Of a stretch of DNA of 30,996 nt, positions 28,964-30,996 are shown one piece after another. Source of the stretch: Verrucomicrobiota bacterium (GTDB lineage Bacteria; Verrucomicrobiota; Verrucomicrobiia; Limisphaerales; SXQI01); NCBI GenBank assembly GCA_033762115.1, contig JANRLX010000010.1:1-30996 (forward strand), read 5' to 3'. The notes beneath the pieces are model-generated. The model was not told the DNA's origin and made no database searches. It saw nothing but the letters and a program-made list of their open reading frames with translations. Each line of letters opens with the position of its first letter. Positions within the stretch are counted from its first letter, which is position 1. The position numbers and the translations under genes were made by a program.

Positions 28964-29329
28964 ATGGGCCGCATCAGCCATTTCAATGCACCTCTCACCC
29001 CGGCAGTGCTTCATATCCTGCTCGCCCTTTCCATCCAGGAACGGCACGGCTATGGCATCATGAAGCAGGTTGAAGCGGATTCTCAGGGAAAAGTAAAAAT
29101 GGGGCCCGGAACCCTCTATGGAGCAATCGGTCGCATGATCGAATCCGGCCTGATCAGCGAAAGCGATAAAAAGATCGATCCGGCCCTGGATGACGAACGC
29201 CGAATTTACTATCAAATCACCGCGCTTGGGCAAAAAACCCTTGCAGCCGAATTGGACAGATACCGGGAAATCATTGCTCTCGCCAGGCAACGCCGCCTTT
29301 CGCCGATCACTTCAACTTATGGCATCTGA
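28964..29329 (+). CDS. PadR-family transcriptional regulator
   Basis: HILLAL...RHGYGIMK...GPGTLYGAI.RM...GLI...RRIYYQITALG...L..EL winged HTH. Confidence 0.93.
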   Translation: MGRISHFNAPLTPAVLHILLALSIQERHGYGIMKQVEADSQGKVKMGPGTLYGAIGRMIESGLISESDKKIDPALDDERRIYYQITALGQKTLAAELDRYREIIALARQRRLSPITSTYGI

Positions 29330-30107
29330 ACATTCCATCAACCGCTATCGCCATTGGTATGTTAAACTGCTCCGCCTTTACCCAGAGGCCTATCATCACC
29401 GCTTCGCCAGGGAAATGGAACAAACCTTCAATGATCTTCTCCGTGAACGCGTGGGGAAAGAAGACTCGCTCCTCCGATTTGTCATCAGGATTTTTTGCGA
29501 AACACTCCTTGCAATCATCCAGCAAAATCTTTCAGTCATGTTCCGTCAGAATCAACGCCTCATCCGTATTTTACTCGCAGTCGCTTCCATCCTGATAGTG
29601 CCCTTGATTGCGATGCAATTCAGCAATGAAGTAGTTTGGACCTTGACCGACTTCATCATCGCTGGCGCCCTCCTCCTCGGAATCGGTTTGACCTATGAAC
29701 TGGCCGCCCGGAAAGGAGGCAATCTCAAATACCGGGCTGCCGTCCTGCTGGCCCTTGCCGCAACCCTCCTCATGGTCTGGCTGAACCTCGCTGTTGGCAT
29801 TATCGGAACTGAGTCCAATCCCGCCAACTTGATGTACATCGGAGTCCTTGCCGTTGGAATTGTCGGTGCCATCCTTGCCCGTCACCAACCAACCAAACTC
29901 GCCCGCGCACTCTTTGCCACTGCACTCTCCCAAACAATCGTTACCATCATCGCGCTGGTCGCCAATTTAGGCTCACCCGAAAATGGACCGCTAAAAATCG
30001 TAATCCTCAATGCCCTCTTCATCACCATGTGGATTGCATCAGCCCTCCTCTTTCTCTATTCCCACACCCCCACTTTGAAATCCCATCCTCCCTCGCCAGA
30101 GCACTGA
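29319..30107 (+). CDS. PadR-associated integral membrane protein
   Basis: ATG 29319 overlaps the padR end by 11 nt. N-terminal 'LLRLYP..Y..RF..EM...F.D' segment typical of PadR partner proteins, then about 6 hydrophobic helices. Confidence 0.85.
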   Translation: MASEHSINRYRHWYVKLLRLYPEAYHHRFAREMEQTFNDLLRERVGKEDSLLRFVIRIFCETLLAIIQQNLSVMFRQNQRLIRILLAVASILIVPLIAMQFSNEVVWTLTDFIIAGALLLGIGLTYELAARKGGNLKYRAAVLLALAATLLMVWLNLAVGIIGTESNPANLMYIGVLAVGIVGAILARHQPTKLARALFATALSQTIVTIIALVANLGSPENGPLKIVILNALFITMWIASALLFLYSHTPTLKSHPPSPEH

Positions 30108-30121
30108 CCTGCAGACCGGAT

Positions 30122-30142
30122 TTCCACCATCGGTTCCACCAT
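30122..30142. repeat. Short direct repeat TTCCACCAT-cgg-TTCCACCAT
   Basis: Exact 9-mers at 30122-30130 and 30134-30142 (12-bp period). Confidence 0.6.
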
Positions 30143-30285
30143 TTCGTAGAAAGCCCTGCAACACCACGACCATTTTCAAAGCAAGCGTTTAATGCATTGA
30201 ACAGTAACTAAAGACAGAAACGCCAAGACAACAATGCTGTTGATCCCAGCCAAAGCACAGCACCATGCGTCAGGATACGCGGCTC

Positions 30286-30633
30286 TCAATAGGGCTTCCG
30301 TTTCCACACCAAGGGTATTGTTAGTAACATTCCAATTCCAATAGGAACAAGGAATATCCACCATGCAGTCAGCCCTTTCTCAAATGATCCTAAAACCATC
30401 AACCCAAGAAGAATTCCGAGCGGTATCCAGGCACCCGCCAGCGGCCCAAAAATCGAAAATGGTTTCAATATTCTGGCTACAAAAATTCCTATGAAAAGTG
30501 AGGCAATTGAATAGCCAACAATCATCCTGGCCATCTTGATACCAGACATTCCAAGCAAGCCAGCAGCTAAAAAGCTCATGCTCACTGCTGATGAAAACAC
30601 GACAAATAAGACTATGCTTAAAACACCTCGCAT
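30286..30633 (-). CDS. Small multi-TM hypothetical protein, candidate RHS toxin immunity protein
   Basis: 115 aa with about 4 hydrophobic segments, visibly more AT-rich than the RHS core. Starts 2 nt after the stop of a toxin-tip-like reading frame. Confidence 0.6.
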   Translation of the reverse strand: MRGVLSIVLFVVFSSAVSMSFLAAGLLGMSGIKMARMIVGYSIASLFIGIFVARILKPFSIFGPLAGAWIPLGILLGLMVLGSFEKGLTAWWIFLVPIGIGMLLTIPLVWKRKPY

Positions 30634-30635
30634 AA

Positions 30636-30737
30636 TTAAGGCTCACAGCAATCAGCTTGCGCGCTCTTGTATGCCCCTTCTCCAAAAAAATGTACCGCAC
30701 CATAAGCAGCCAGAGTGCAGTGGCGATTTAGCCAGCG
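30636..30737 (-). pseudogene. Remnant C-terminal tip of a toxin domain (phospholipase A2-like)
   Basis: Frame not in ORF track: RWLNRHCTLAAYGAVHFFGEGAYKSAQADCCEP*. It has no start codon and ends 2 nt before the next ATG. Confidence 0.5.
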
Positions 30738-30996
30738 TCACCTTCCCCACCAGCCGCGATGCGCTCTTCACCCCGCCCACCGGCGGAAAATAGTCGTAAC
30801 TGAACGTCCCCGCTTTCGAGGTCAGATTCGTCAACCGCTTCCCGGCATCATACAAATACCCATTCGTGAACGTCCCGGTCGGCTGGTAAACCACCATCCC
30901 GCTCCGCAACCCCGAAGCATTGAACAGGTTCGACACCACATCACTCACCCACGGCCCATCCTCCGTCACCAGCCGCCCCAGCCCATTGTAAGCAAA
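30652..30996 (-). pseudogene. RHS/YD-repeat protein, 5' part outside window, truncated within the core
   Basis: Open from the window edge: FAYNGLGRLVTEDGPW...YLYDAGKRLTNLTSKAGTFSYDY...SRLVGKVTL, then an unrelated 26-aa tail and stop. No RHS core end (PxxxxDPxG) is present. Confidence 0.8.

Noticed and set aside
29190..29318. Upstream extension of the PadR-partner ORF
   Set aside because: Lies inside padR; ATG 29319 overlapping the padR end fits translational coupling.
30122..30142. CCACCA as a possible tRNA 3' end
   Set aside because: No T-arm (GTTCGA) or cloverleaf upstream.
30380..30703. 107-aa minus-strand ORF overlapping the candidate immunity gene
   Set aside because: Alternative frame over the 115-aa membrane ORF, which has the more coherent hydrophobic pattern and start context.

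Overview
Mostly a housekeeping stretch of a bacterial chromosome. Protein styles suggest Verrucomicrobiota subdivision 3 (Limisphaerales/Pedosphaera-like), which is an inference from the C-terminal 'STNL..W..DTN..RFYR' surface-protein tail, the OB-fold-sensor hybrid kinase and the PQQ-like propeller. Gene order: sucC (partial), gltA, CPD photolyase, a 1324-aa secreted protein with five ~216-aa repeats, FmdB-like zinc ribbon, acyl-CoA ligase, PQQ-like beta-propeller, orphan GspE/PilB ATPase, ppnP, single-domain response regulator, uvrC, PHP histidinol phosphatase, rho, an LMW-phosphatase/RpiB/GlyA triple fusion, an S41-like protein lacking catalytic residues, purD, hybrid histidine kinase, proS, FAH-family protein, a PadR plus membrane protein pair, and a broken RHS/YD toxin locus at the right edge. 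The best leads are: (1) a compact four-way-junction RNA structure in the glyA-rho spacer just upstream of a Rho with a long charged N-terminal extension; (2) the phosphatase-RpiB-SHMT fusion in a run with purD and an S41 pseudo-protease; (3) an RHS gene joined out of frame to a phospholipase-A2-like toxin tip and followed by a candidate immunity gene; (4) a strong T-N dipeptide bias in exported proteins. No rRNA, tRNA, CRISPR array or transposase was recognised. All calls were made by eye, with no searches run.
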